Notes: generated by a model not told the origin, from the letters alone. A stretch of 64,000 bases of DNA from an uncultured delta proteobacterium (GCA_963752595.1 CAVVYZ010000023.1:1-64000); one strand, 5' to 3'; counted from the first letter of the stretch, positions 12,424 through 24,774 are shown. A program made the numbers and translations.

Positions 12424-13491
12424 ATGCGGATCAACTGGTATATTTTCAAATCGCTTATCGAGATATTTTCGGGACCCTTGCCGTCCTCTACGGGGTGATG
12501 TTCATCGTCCAGTGGATCCAGGTGGGCAGGTTGCTCTCCTTGAAAGAAACGGACATAGTGTTCCTGGCCATGGTGCCCATGTCGGTATTTGTCATCCCCA
12601 TGAGCACTGATCTTCAGCACCCTGCTGGTGCTGGAGAGACTTTCGATCGAATCCGAGATCATCGCCATGAAGGCATGCGGCGTCCGTTCGCGAACCATAT
12701 TTGCCCCATTCATTCTGCTCGCCGTGACTGCCATGCTCGTCCATGGTCGTCATATCCACCTACCTGGGACCGATGTCCATGAAGACGATCCAGGCCAGAC
12801 TCCTGCAGGATTGCGCCCCAGAGGGTCATTTTCTTTCTTCAAGGAGCGCGAGTTCGACGATACCTTCAAGAATATCATCATCTATGTAGAATCGGTGAAC
12901 CAGAGGAAACGCGAGTTCAAGGGCGTCTTCATAGAGACCTCCGGCAAGGAACAGGCAGTGATCACCGCGGAGAAAGGCACCATGGACGTCATACCCCGGT
13001 GCCATCATGATGAAGCTGAAAAACGGCAGCATGTTCATGAGCACGAAATCCATGGACCGCTACCTCACCTTCGATCAGTATGTCTTTTCCCTGGAGGCAG
13101 ACGTCAACAGCCAGTTCCAGTATCAAAAGATCTATGATACGGCCACCCAGGACGAATTCAGGCAGCTGTCGAAGAAGGACCGAGATCCCAAGTTGATCAA
13201 GGAGTATCACAACAGGATATCCTTTCCTGTCCTGAATCTGATTCTCGGCGCTGGTGGGCATCAGCTTCGGCATCGTGAGACCCCGTTCGCCGAAGTTTAC
13301 CGGATTCATCGTGGGACTAGGGACCATTGTCGGGTATTACCTGGTGTATGTCCTTGCTGACCGTGCCGTGAAGGGACCACTGGTCGGCCCGGTCTCGGCG
13401 CATGGATCCCGAATATTGCTTTCTGCATCGTGCTCGCTGGCCATCTGGGGTTACCGGAAGGATTTGTTCCGCAGGAAGAGGGGGTATCTGA
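12424..13491 (+). CDS. lptF: LPS export permease LptF (frameshifted)
   Basis: RLSIESEIIAMKACG, EYHNRISFP motifs. Confidence 0.8.
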
Positions 13492-14587
13492 TTACGGGCA
13501 CGCTCAGCCGCTATATCTTCAAAAAGGCCGTCATTCATGTGCATTGCTGCGTGTGCAGGGCTCACGCTGCTGGTGCTCTTGTCCATGCTCTTCGGAAACC
13601 TGGGCATGTTCGCGGAGCACAATACCGATGGCTATCCACCATCGCCCGCTATATGCTCTATTCCCTGCCGCAGATGATCCACTGGGTATCCCGTTTTCCG
13701 TATGCGTCGGCATCATCGCTGCCCAGGCGTCTTTCTCACGGCATGCGGAGACCATCGCCATGCAGGCTTGCTTCCGTCTCTTTTGCCGGCTTGATCATCC
13801 CTTATCTCCAGGTGGGCCTGGTTGCGCGTGCTCATTATGGGATTCTTTTCCTTCTACCTGTATCCCGTATCCCAGAGGCAGGCGGACAAGATGGAGAACG
13901 TTTACATCAAGAAGCAGGATATCACGGGGTCGTTCACGCGTCAAAGGGCGGCAGATTCAAGGTCGGCGGGGATATCTATTACCTTGACCACATGGATATC
14001 TCCAAAGGGATCATGCATCATGTCAACTGCTACCGTATCGTGTCCGGCGGCCTGGTATCCATCATCACGGGCCGATTCTGCCGTCTGGGACGGCAAGGTC
14101 TGGAAAACCGAGAATATGGAGCTGGTCAATCTGTCCACCGCGGGAATACAACTGGAAAAATCCACGACGACCCTGCCGCTGAACAGGGGACCTGCAGATC
14201 TGGTAATGGCCCAGCCGGCAGCCCGAGGATCTCACGCTGAAAGAGCTGATCGAGTACCGTTCGTATCTCAAGGAAGAAGATATCCAATCCGTAAGCCTGG
14301 ATACCAATTTCCACAGCAGGATAAGTTTTGCCATCTCGCCGTTCATCATGACCCTGCTCGTCCTGCCCTTCGGCATGAGGTTTCCCCGGGCGGGCGGGAT
14401 TGCCCGGGGGATATCCGTCGGGCATCATTCTCGGGCTTGCATACTGGGCGCTGCACTCGGCCATGACCGGGACAGGCATCTCCGGATATGTACATCCCTG
14501 GCAGCTTCGGCTGGACGGCCGATGTCGTTGCCACTCGATCACACGGCGTATACCCTGCTGGTGAAAAGAAGAGGTACATATGGCTGA
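13490..14587 (+). CDS. lptG: LPS export permease LptG (frameshifted)
   Basis: TLSRYIFK, SRHAETIAMQA, LLVLPFGMR; tandem with lptF. Confidence 0.8.
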
Positions 14588-15930
14588 TGTCGTCATTATC
14601 GGGGCGGGACCGGCGGGATCTTTGCAGCCCTGTGAGCTCGCTGAAGGACAAAGCCCGGGCTGAAGATCGTCATGATCGAGCAGGGCAGGGATATCACTGA
14701 AAGGACCACGATCCGGCAAAGAGATGCTCATCGGTTGGGGCGGGGCAGGCGCCTACAGCGACGGGAAGCTCACCATATCAACGGATGTGGGGGGCCAGCT
14801 CTCGTCCCTGATTGCCGAGAAAGAGCTCCTTGAGTTGCTCGAACATGTGGATGCCATCTACACGGGCTATGCCGCCTGCGGGCGACCTTTTCTCGGTACG
14901 AGGACGAGGATGCCGAGACTCATATCCGCCCAGGCGACGGCTTGCAAGTCTCATGTATATTCCCACCAGGGTCCGTCATATCGGGACGGAGTACCTCGCC
15001 ATCATCCTGGGGAAGATGAGGCAGGAGCTCGAAGGAAAGGTGAAGATCATGTTCAATGCGCGGGCCGAGGAGATCATTGGAAAGCGGCGGCAAGGTCAGG
15101 GGCGTCAGGCTCTCCGACGGTGAAGCATCATCGATGCGCCATTCGTCATAGCAGCTCCGGGCAGGGTGGGGTCTTCCTGGATGTCGGCCCAGGCAAGGAA
15201 GCTCGGTCTGGAAGCCAGGCCCGAACCCGGTGGATCTCGGTGTCCGGGTGGAGCTTCCTGCTGCAGTCATGGAACACCTCACAAGCAAGGCCTACGAAAC
15301 CAAATTCATCTACTATTCGCGAACCTTTGACGACCGCGTCCGGACCTTCTGCATGAATCCCTTCGGCGAAGTGGTGATCGAGACCCTGGATACGATCGTC
15401 ACGGTCAACGGCCATTCCTGGGCGAACAAGCGCACGGAAAACACGAATTTCGCCCTGCTGGTGAGCGCGGATTTCACCGAGCCCTTCGATGACCCCATCG
15501 GATATGGTGAATCCGTGGCCAGAGCTCGCTAACATGATTGGCAAGGGCGTGATCGTGCAGAGGCTGGGCGACCTCCAGGGCGGAAGACGCACGACGCCGA
15601 ACGCCTGCTCCGGTGCACCACCCGTCCCACCCTCAAACAGGCCACACCCGGCGACCTGAGCTTCTGCCTCCCCTACCGGATTCTCACCGACCTCATGGAG
15701 ATGCTGGCCTGCCTGGACCGGCTCGCACCCGGCGTGAATTCCGCCCACACCCTGCTCTATGGCATAGAGGTCAAGTTCTATTCCAACCGGATCACGTCTC
15801 GATCGCGAACTCAGGTCCCAGATTAAGCGGGCTGTACGTGATCGGCGATGGTGCCGGCATCACCCGGGGGCTCATCCAGGCGAGCTGTTCGGGGATCATC
15901 GCTGCCAGGTCCATAGCCGGCAGGCTGTGA
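14580..15930 (+). CDS. FAD-dependent oxidoreductase (frameshifted)
   Basis: IIGAGPAG, GWGGAGAYSDGKL, VRTFCMNP, VTVNGHS, GDGAGITRGL. Confidence 0.85.
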
Positions 15931-16113
15931 TCCGAGCTCAGCACCCGGCATCGATGCCTTTGACACCATACGCATCGAGTTTCTACGAGAAACACTAATC
16001 TCAAACGTATATTCTCGAAGATGGCCATGGGCATTTTTTACTTGAACAGAACTCTTCATTTATACTATCGTTTACCAGTTCTAATCCTAGTATCTGATAA
16101 GAGGGAGACTATC

Positions 16114-18794
16114 ATGGCAAAAAAGTATGTGTATCTCTTTGGAGGCAGGGGGACCAAGGCAGAGGGCAATGCAGAGATGAAGGCCATCCTGGGCGGAAAG
16201 GGAGCGAATCTTGCTGAAATGACCAATCTCGGGATACCGGTGCCTCCGGGATTCACGATCTCAACCGAAATGTGCTCCGTCTATTACGAATCAGGCGGGC
16301 TTCCAAAGAGATTCAAGACACAGGTAAAAGATGCCCTCAAAAAGGTGGAGCGGATCATGGGCCTCGGGTTCGGCGACACGGAATCACCGCTGCTGTTCTC
16401 CGTACGTTCCGGCGCCAGGGCGTCCATGCCCGGCATGATGGATACCGTACTGAATCTGGGCATCAATGATGAAACCGTGCACGGACTCATCAAGATGAGC
16501 GGGAACGAGCGCTTTGCATGGGACTGCTACCGGCGGTTCATCCAGATGTACAGCGATGTGGTCATGGAGGCGGATTCCCATGTCCTGGAAGAAGAGCTCG
16601 AGAAGATGAAGAAAAAGAAAGGTGTCAAGCTCGATACCGAGCTCGATGCCAAGGACCTCAAGAAGCTGGTGGCGATCATTCAAGGAAAAGGTGAAGAAGC
16701 TCACCGGCAAGGACCTGTCCTACCGACCCGATGGAACAGCTCTGGGGAGGAATCGAAGCGGTGTTCAAGTCATGGAACACACCCCGGGCCATCACCTATC
16801 GGAAAGCTCAACAATATTCCCGATGAATGGGGCACTGCCGTAAACGTACAGGCCATGGTGTTCGGAAACATGGGCGACAGTTCGGCCACAGGCGTTGCCT
16901 TCACGCGAGACCCTGCAACGGGCGAGAACGTTTTTTACGGCGAGTATCTGAAAAATGCACAGGGCGAAGACGTGGTGGCGGGCATCCGCACACCCATGCC
17001 CATCAACATCAAGGGCAAGCGGGACAAGGCCCATGTATCCATGGAAGAGGCCATGCCCGACCAGTATTCACAGCTTGTGGAGATCTATAAGACCCTCGAG
17101 AAGCACTACCGTGATATGCAGGACATCGAGTTCACGGTCCAGGAAGGCAACCTCTGGATGCTCCAGACCAGGACGGGAAAGCGCACTGCCGCAGCAGCCG
17201 TGCAGATCGCAGTGGATATGGTGAATGAAGGCCTCATCACGAAGAAAGAAGCGGTTCTCAGGGTCAACCCCGACCAGATCGACCAGCTCCTCCATCCCCA
17301 GATCGATCCCAAGGCAAAGAAGAAGATCATCGGCAAGGGCCTGCCCGCATCCCCGGGCGCAGCAGTGGGCAAGGTGGTCTTCTCGTGCGGAGGATGCTGA
17401 AGTCGGAGCTGAAAAAGGCAACAAGGTCATCCTGGTCAGGGTGGAGACATCACCGGAAGATATCCACGGCATGAACGTGGCCGAAGGCGTGCTCACGGCC
17501 CGGGGCGGCATGACCTCTCACGCGGCTGTTGTTGCGCGCGGCATGGGCAAGTGCTGTGTCTCCGGGGTGCAGCGACCTTACCATCGATTATGCAAAGCAG
17601 AAGTGCAAGCTCGGCGGCCAGACCATCAAGAAGGGGGACTTCATATCGCTGGACGGCACCAAGGGCGAGGTGATTCTCGGCGAGTGCAAGACCTCGTCGC
17701 CCACCCTGTCCGGCGCCTTCGGCATCCTCATGTACTGGGCGGACGAGTTCCGGAAGATCGGGGTGAGGACCAATGCCGATACCCCCAAGGACGCAAAAGT
17801 CAGCGCGGGAATTCGGCGCGGAAGGCATCGGGCTGTGCCGGACCGAGCACATGTTCTTCGAGGCGGACAGGATTCTGGCCGTGCGTGAGATGATTCTGGC
17901 CGATGACGAGAAGGGCCGGAGAAAGGCCCTGGACAAGATCAAGCCCATGCAGAAGGGCGATTTCAAGGGCATCTTCAGGGAAATGGACGGACTGCCCGGT
18001 AACCATCAGGCTCCTCGACCCGCCGCTCCATGAATTCCTGCCCCACACGGACGAAGAGATCGCCGAAGTGGCAAAGGCGCTGGGTACCCCGGTGAAGGAA
18101 GTCAAGGCAAAGAGGGATGCGCTGCACGAGGCCAACCCCATGCTCGGCCACCGCGGCTGCCGCCTCGGGGTAACCTTCCCCGAGATCTACGAGATGCAGG
18201 TGCGGGCCATCATGGAAGCGGCATGTGAGGTGAAGAAGGAGGGCGTCGACGTCGAGCCCGAGATCATGATTCCCCTCGTGGGCCATGTGAAAGAGCTTGA
18301 GCTCCTGCGGAACATGACCGTTGCCGTCTGCTGAAGAGGTCATGAAGGCATACAAGATCAAGCTCAGCTACATGGTGGGCACCATGATCGAGCTTCCCAG
18401 GGCTGCCTGACTGCAGACGAGATCGCGGAGCAGGCGGAGTTCTTCTCGTTCGGCACCAACGACCTGACCCAGACGACCTTCGGGCTCTCCCGTGACGATG
18501 CCGGCAAGTTCCTGCCCGTGTACGTGGAGAAGAAGATCCTTCCCCGGGATCCCGTTCCAGGCACTTGACCAGGATGGCGTAGGCGAGCTGATGAAGATCG
18601 GCATTGAAAAAGGCAGGAAGACCCGCAAGAAACTCAAGGTGGGGATCTGCGGAGAGCACGGCGGTGAGCCGTCTTCCATCGATTTCTGCCACAGGGTGGG
18701 CATGAATTACGTGAGCTGCTCGCCGTACCGGGTTCCCATTGCACGGCTCGCGGCAGCGCACGCAGCGCTGAACAACGAGACCAAGAAGAAGTGA
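16114..18794 (+). CDS. ppdK: Pyruvate, phosphate dikinase (frameshifted)
   Basis: [57 protein letters not shown]. Confidence 0.97.
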
Positions 18795-19397
18795 TCATCA
18801 CTTTGAGGGCGGAGAGGGCGCAGGCAAGACCACTCATGCCGCGCGCCTCTGCTCGCATCTGAATGCAAAAGGGCTGCCATGGCTCTCCTTCCGGGAGCCT
18901 GGCGGCTCTCCTTTTTCCGAGAAGGTCCGTTCACTGTTTCTGCAGGAGGGCCTGGATGTCATGACCGAGCTGCTGCTCGTTCTGGCCTCACGGCGGCAGA
19001 ACATCAAGGAGATCATCGCACCCGGGCTCCATCGGGGCACGATCCTGGTCATCGACCGGTTCATCGACTCGACCCTGGTCTACCAGGGTATTGTCGGCGG
19101 ATTGGGGTATGAGACGGTGAGGCGCATGATGGAGACCACCGGAACCTGGCTCGAGCCCGACCTCACCTTTATCATGGACGTGGATCCGAATCTCCCTTGA
19201 CAGAGAATCGATCCCGGAGACAAATTTGAACGCCGGGGCATCGATTTTCACCTGACAGTTGAGAAAGGCCTTCAGAGACATGGCAAAGGAACCCCGGCAT
19301 CAGGTGATTGACTCCGGAACAGGGCCGTGAGTCGGTGGCAGCAAAGATCATCTCGCTGACAGACGAATTTCTGGCCCGGCGTGGAACAGGTCTGTGA
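18791..19397 (+). CDS. tmk: Thymidylate kinase (frameshifted)
   Basis: [14 protein letters not shown]-loop, [22 protein letters not shown]. Confidence 0.9.
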
Positions 19398-19527
19398 CCA
19401 GTCGCAAAAGACTTGAAACGAGGCGGATGAAATCGGCTAAAATGCTCTTGGAACGGAATGGGTGTAACATGAGTTCAGACAAGGTGAGACAAAAAAGACG
19501 AGAACGGACCACAAAGGAGGTTCTATC

Positions 19528-20185
19528 ATGCGTAAGCTGTCATATTGTATCATTTTCATCGGCCTTGCGGCATTCCTGGCGCAGGGCTGCACCACCGACC
19601 CCTACACCGGGGAGAAGAAGATGAGCAAGACTGCGTGGGGCAGCATCATCGGGGCAGCAGGGGGTGCTGCCAGTAGGCGCCGCTGTCAGCAAGAATCACC
19701 GCAAGGGGGCACTCATCGGTGCCGGGGTAGGGGGCCTCACAGGCGCCGGCGTGGGCTACTACATGGACCAGCAGGAGACAGAAGCTCCGCCAGAAGCTCC
19801 AGGGGACCGGCGTGAGCGTGACCAGACAGGGCGAGAACATCATTCTCAACATGCCCGGCAACATCACCTTCCAGACCGAACAGCTCGGACATCAGCTCGA
19901 ACTTCTACGAGGTGCTCAATTCCGTGGTCCTCGTGCTCAAGGAATACAACAAGACGCTCATCGACGTAAACGGACACACCGACAGCATGGGCAGCGATGA
20001 GTACAACAGGACCTGTCCGAGCGCAGGGCGGCAAGTGTCGGTCAGTACCTGGTCTCCAACGGGATAGACCAGAGGCGGCTGTCGACCCAGGGCTTCGGCG
20101 AGATCCCGGCCCATCGCCAGCAACGACACACCCGAAGGACGCCAGCAGAACCGGAGAGTCGAGATCTGGTCCTTGCACCGCTGAC
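19528..20185 (+). CDS. OmpA family lipoprotein, YiaD-like (frameshifted)
   Basis: Lipobox AQGC, glycine zipper, YMDQQE, GHTDS, NRRVEI. Confidence 0.88.
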
Positions 20186-20226
20186 GCAGTAGACACTGCG
20201 TGAAGTCGCAGGAAAGAGGAAGGTCG

Positions 20227-20256
20227 AAAAGGGGCGGGGTTCATCCCCGCCCTTTT
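20227..20256. terminator. Bidirectional intrinsic terminator
   Basis: aaaaggggcgggg-ttcat-ccccgcccttttt. Confidence 0.85.
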
Positions 20257-20320
20257 ATATCTTCTCATCGTATGCCGTGAGCGGTGATGGGAGACGTACA
20301 GGGGCAGCGGAACGGTTTCC

Positions 20321-20810
20321 TTACTCGCCGGGCTTGCGGGTATAATGACCGCTTTTGCCGCCGGATTTTTCCTCGAGACGGATTTCGCCGATGACCATGG
20401 ACTTATCGATGGCCTTCACCATGTCATAGATGGTGAACAGGGCAACGCTTACGCAGTGGAGGGCCTCCATCTCGACACCGGTCTTTCCGGTTACCTTACC
20501 GTGGCTTCTGCTTCGATCGTAGAGGTTCTTTATCCGGCTGAAATTCCACCTGAGATCTGGTCGATGGGGAGCGGGATGGCACAACGGGAATGGTCGTGGA
20601 GGTGTTCTTGGCAGCCATGACCCAGCCACCTTGGCCGTGGCGAGCACGTTTCCCTTTTTCACCGCGTCGTTCATGATGGCTTCAAAGGCTTCACGGCTCA
20701 TGCGGATGTTGCCCGTGGCCCGGGCAGACACTGCCTGGTGATGCCCTTTTCGCCCACATCCACCATGGACGACCCGGCCCTGTTCATCAAGATGAGTCAG
20801 GTTTTCCCAT
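20321..20810 (-). CDS. moaC: Cyclic pyranopterin monophosphate synthase
   Basis: LTHLDEQG, KKGNVL, PLCH, TGVEMEAL, TIYDMVKA, KSGGKSG. Confidence 0.93.
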
Positions 20811-20827
20811 AGCTTATGCCTTAGCGG

Positions 20828-21123
20828 CTTCGTGTCGGACGGCACTGTTAATCGTCAGGAGGATGGAGTCTTGTTCGGCAGGCAGTCTCTGCGCGTTGAT
20901 GTTGGTCGTGCTCTTGCTCATTTGTTTCCGAGGGGGAGTTCTTTTTTGCGTAGTCCGTCATGATACCAGCCCGATCCCTTGAGATGAAAGGACGAGTGGG
21001 AGATAAGCCTCTTCACGGGTCCGCCGCATGACGGTGCAGCGTTTCAGCGGGAGAATCGTTGATCTTTTGCATTGTCTCGAATTCATTCCGGCATTTCAAA
21101 CACTTATATTCATAAATAGGCAT
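20828..21123 (-). CDS. FmdB family zinc-ribbon protein (absent from the ORF track; frameshifted)
   Basis: Hand translation MPIYEYKCLKCRNEFE...GGPVKRLISHSSFHLKGSGWY. Confidence 0.85.
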
Positions 21124-21639
21124 ATGATGCAGTTTCCTCCGTCATTCACGATGTGTTCGTTATATAGTGGTGCGGCCTCCATCTTGTCAAGGAGAGTCAG
21201 CACCTGCTTGAGCCCGGTCACGGGGTTCTTGGTAAGGAAAAGGCGGGTCAGCGTATCCACGACGAACTCCTCGTCATGGGGGTCACCGTAGAAGTCAGCC
21301 TTGCCGGTGGAGAACCGGTGTATGTGCAGCAGTTCGTGGGTCAGGATGAAGGTGATGAGAGAAAGGAGGTCCACCTCCGAATGTCTCTTCACGAAATGGA
21401 GGATCTCGGTATCCTGGAGGCACACCCGGTAGCACGGGGCGAGCTTCGTCTTGCCGGTCTCGACGCGCAGCAGTTGTGCAAACACGCCCAGCTTCTTTTC
21501 TTCCCTGTCCAAATCCGAGAGGGTCTTGATGTCGTATATGCCCTTCACGCTCCAGTTCATCTCCTTGTGGATGATGTTTTCCGCAAGGCTCGATCCGTAG
21601 CTGCAGCACGTTCCAATGCTCGGACATGAAGTATGCCAT
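21096..21639 (-). CDS. Hypothetical protein with HExxH motif
   Basis: FILTHELLHIHRF and downstream EEFVVD. Confidence 0.7.
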
Positions 21640-21700
21640 GAAAGTAAAAAAGGCAAGCCTCTCTGCATTCTAGGTGCTCTGCACAAAAAAGGCAAGACCT

Positions 21701-22727
21701 TCAGATCTCTCTGCCCACGGCATTCGCCACACGCTTTTCAGCCCTTCCATCATGCCCTGAACTCGGCCGGACGAAGAGACTGGGGTCCGTCGGAAAGGGC
21801 CTGCTTCGGGTTTCGGGTGGACCTCGATCATGAGCCCGTCCGCTCCTGCAGCAATGGCGGCATAGGCCATGGGCGCCACATAGCGTGCATGCCCGGTGCC
21901 GTGTGAAGGGTCCACGATGACCGGCAGGTGGGTCTTTTCCTTGAGCACGGGAACGGCAGAGATGTCGAGGGTATTGCGGGTGGCTGTCTCGAAGGTCCGT
22001 GATGCCGCGCTCGCAGAGGATCACCTGGCTGTTTCCGCCCGGAGAGGACATATTCCGCCGACATGAGGAATTCCTCGATGGTGGTGGACATGACCCCGTT
22101 TCAGGAGCACCGGCTTCCTGATCCTGCCCACTTCCTTCAGGAGCTGGAAGTTCTGGATGTTCCTGGCGCCCACCTGCAGACAGTCCGCGTAGTCGGAGAT
22201 GACCTCCATGGCTCGCGATGTCCATGATCTCGGTCACGACGGGAAGGCCGTACTGCTCCTTTGCCATGCCCAGGAGGACGAGCCCGTCCTGTTTCAGGCC
22301 CTGGAATGCGTACGGCGATGTCCTGGGCTTGAAGGCGCCTCCGCGGAGCATGTGGGCGCCGCTGTCCTGTATGGCAGAGGCCACGTCGAGGATCTGTTCC
22401 GCGGGATTCCACTGCACAGGGCCCTGCAATGACGAGGAGGCGCTTTCCCCCCACCGTCACCCCCATGCCCAAATCAACGATGGTGGGGTCCTCCTGGGTC
22501 TCCCGCGAAGCGAGCTTGTACGGGCTCAGGATGGGGATGACCTTTTCCACGCCCGGCTGGGCTTCCAGACAGGTGAGCTTTTCCTTGCCGCGCTCGTCAC
22601 CGATGGCCCCGAAGATGACCCGTTCGGTACCTTTACTCTCGTGGACCTTGTAGCCGAAAGACTCGATGAGCTGCTTGACATGCTCGATCTGTTCTGCTGT
22701 TGCGCTTTTTTTCATGGAAATTATCAC
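21701..22727 (-). CDS. aroF: DAHP synthase, type I-beta, with N-terminal regulatory domain (frameshifted)
   Basis: [46 protein letters not shown]. Confidence 0.93.
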
Positions 22728-22780
22728 ACTGTCCTCCTTTACGGTTTTTTGAAAGGTCGTGTGTCTCATTCCCAGGGCCA

Positions 22781-22821
22781 TAAAAGAAAAGGCCGTGGGA
22801 GGTGAACCACCCACGGCCTTT
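22781..22821 (-). terminator. Attenuator terminator upstream of aroF
   Basis: mRNA AAAGGCCGUGGG...CCCACGGCCUUUUCUUUUA. Confidence 0.85.
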
Positions 22822-22840
22822 GTGTTCGCTGTCGAACACA

Positions 22841-22915
22841 TCAGCCCACAGGCGGTTCTTCCCCGATAAACCCGAAATAAAAACCGTAATAGCGAGTGGC
22901 CGATGCTGTTATCAT
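22841..22915 (-). CDS. Tyr/Phe-rich attenuator leader peptide, 24 aa
   Basis: Hand translation MITASATRYYGFYFGFIGEEPPVG*, directly upstream of the terminator and aroF. Confidence 0.8.
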   Translation of the reverse strand: MITASATRYYGFYFGFIGEEPPVG

Positions 22916-22921
22916 GCAGCA

Positions 22922-22950
22922 AATATGACAGAACTCAGTAAGGAGTGCAA
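22922..22950 (-). promoter_or_regulatory. Sigma70-like promoter of the aroF leader
   Basis: TTGCAC-17 nt-CATATT. Confidence 0.55.
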
Positions 22951-22960
22951 GGAAAAATAA

Positions 22961-24375
22961 CTATTCAATGCTGAAGGTCTCCCTCATCCCTTTATCCCAG
23001 TCATCCCACAGGAAGGTGTCTGCTTTTCCGTCGGCAATTGCCCGGAATGCATAGCGCACCTGCTCTTCATAGAATTCACAAAATGCGCCGGTCTTCTGCA
23101 TGCAGCCATTCATTTCGTGGGCTTCCGCAGGACAGGGAGAGCCGCAAAAGTGCCGGATTGCACAACGGCGGCAGGGCTCGATGTCCTCGACCTTTCGATC
23201 GGTGACCAACCGGAACGGTTCGGTCTCAAGACGGTCGGAAATGTCATCATCAAACAGATTGCCGCCCCGGAAGCGGTCCAGACCGATGAACTCGCTGCAC
23301 GGGAACAAATCGCCATTGGGGGCGAGGGCAAAGAAGCATCTTCCGCCGCCGCAGGGTGAGATATCGCACATCAATCGGCGTGCTGTCGGCGCAATAATCG
23401 CCATCAGGATATTGGCAAAGTTTCCGACAACCAGTTTCCGGCCCGTCTGCTGATACAGTTCATGCGGTCCTGTCAAGTGCCTGCAGGAAGTACTTTGCAG
23501 CTTCCGGGTCACCCGGTTTCGAGCTCCGGGAAGCCGGAAGGGTGCAGCGCAGGATATTCATCAAGCAGGTCGGAACTTCATGTGCGTGAAAGAAATCCGC
23601 CAGTTTGGTCAGTTGCCGCATATTCCTGCGGTGATAGTGCAGATGACGCTCCAGTTTTCATAGCCCTTGAGGCGTCCCATCGCGGCAACCACCTCTTTGA
23701 AAATCCCTGGCCGTCCCAGTTCTGCCGGGTCCGGTCGGCAATCCGGGCGTGGGGGCATCGAGGGAAAGGCCGATGCTGACATCCGGCTCGTCAGGAATTC
23801 AATTGCCGCATCGTCCAGCAGCACTGCGTTGGTCTGGATGCCGAAACGAAAATCGTTTTCATATGCCTCGATGCCGGCGAAGACAGCATCGCTGTTCAGG
23901 AGCGGCTCGGCTCCGTGAAAGATGATCTGGGGCACAGAACCCTTTCGGGAGTGATTCATGGAAAATAGTCGTTTGAGTGATTTCGAGTGCCTTCAGCAGC
24001 CTATCTTCCGGCATATGTTCACCCTTGCGGCGCATGTCTTCCGGGATATAGCAATAGATGCAGTTCATGTTGCACCGTTCGGTCGGGTTGAAATAGACTG
24101 CTGAGGGGGAGAGCCCGAACCGCAGTGCATTCATCTCCTCGGCAAAGGCCTTGGCCTTCTGCCTGTAGGTCTTGAGCAGCTCGCCTCCTGACAAGACCCC
24201 GGCAAGCTTTTCTTCTTTACCAGGGACCAGAACGCTGTGTCCGGATCGATCACCGCAATATATTCAGGATGGCCGATGTCGATGGGTTGAAAAGCGGGCC
24301 GTTCCCCGTGTTGATGTAGAGGCCCCGCGAGGGGGCCTTGGAATTCGAGGGTGATTGATTCTTCCGGACGGTCAT
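22961..24375 (-). CDS. cbpB: Peptide-modifying radical SAM/SPASM enzyme, CbpB-like (frameshifted)
   Basis: CNMNCIYC, IIFHGAEPL, SPASM CGGG...GDLFPC...CRRC...CGSPCPA...C; start overlaps the peptide stop codon (ATGA). Confidence 0.8.
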
Positions 24376-24482
24376 TGCTTCTTTTTCTTTTCAATCAGGA
24401 TGTAATGAGAGAGTCCGGTCCCCACTGTTTTACAGCTTTTTCGGAATGCAATTACGGGTTTTCCTGCCTCAGTTTTCTTCAT
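24372..24482 (-). CDS. cbpA: Modified-peptide precursor, CbpA-like, 36 aa (absent from the ORF track)
   Basis: MKKTEAGKPVIAFRKSCKTVGTGLSHYILIEKKKKQ*; RBS AAAGGAG. Confidence 0.8.
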   Translation of the reverse strand: MKKTEAGKPVIAFRKSCKTVGTGLSHYILIEKKKKQ

Positions 24483-24504
24483 GGTTTTCTCCTTTCCTGC
24501 TTTA

Positions 24505-24552
24505 TAAAAAAAAGGGTTCTGACGGACGAAAAGCATCCGTCAGAACCCTTTT
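24505..24552 (-). terminator. Riboswitch expression-platform terminator
   Basis: aagggttctgacgga / tccgtcagaaccctt stem followed by a U tract on the minus strand. Confidence 0.85.
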
Positions 24553-24577
24553 CCATCAGATTCCGGTTTCTTTCGGT

Positions 24578-24735
24578 TCCAGCAGGTCTTCTGGCTCTCG
24601 GGTCATGGGCGATTTCACTGCCTTCCCGCTGTCAAGAAAAACAGCAGTGACCGGCCGTCAGCCGTCGTGAATCGCCTCGCCGATTACAGCGGTGGGTCCG
24701 CCACGGATTTGCACCGTGTTCCGATGTGCTGAAAT
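24578..24735 (-). ncRNA. Cobalamin riboswitch
   Basis: Minus strand GGAACACGGUGCAAAUCCGUGGCGGACCCACCGCUGUAA...CACUG...GGGAAGG...AGCCAGAAGACCUGC (B12 box). Confidence 0.92.
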
Positions 24736-24774
24736 CGATATTCGCAATTATTAATCCAAGTTAGGCTCTGTTTG

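Noticed and set aside
17390-18420. In-frame TGA codons in ppdK as selenocysteine
   Set aside because: Each coincides with a frame change, not with a conserved Cys position
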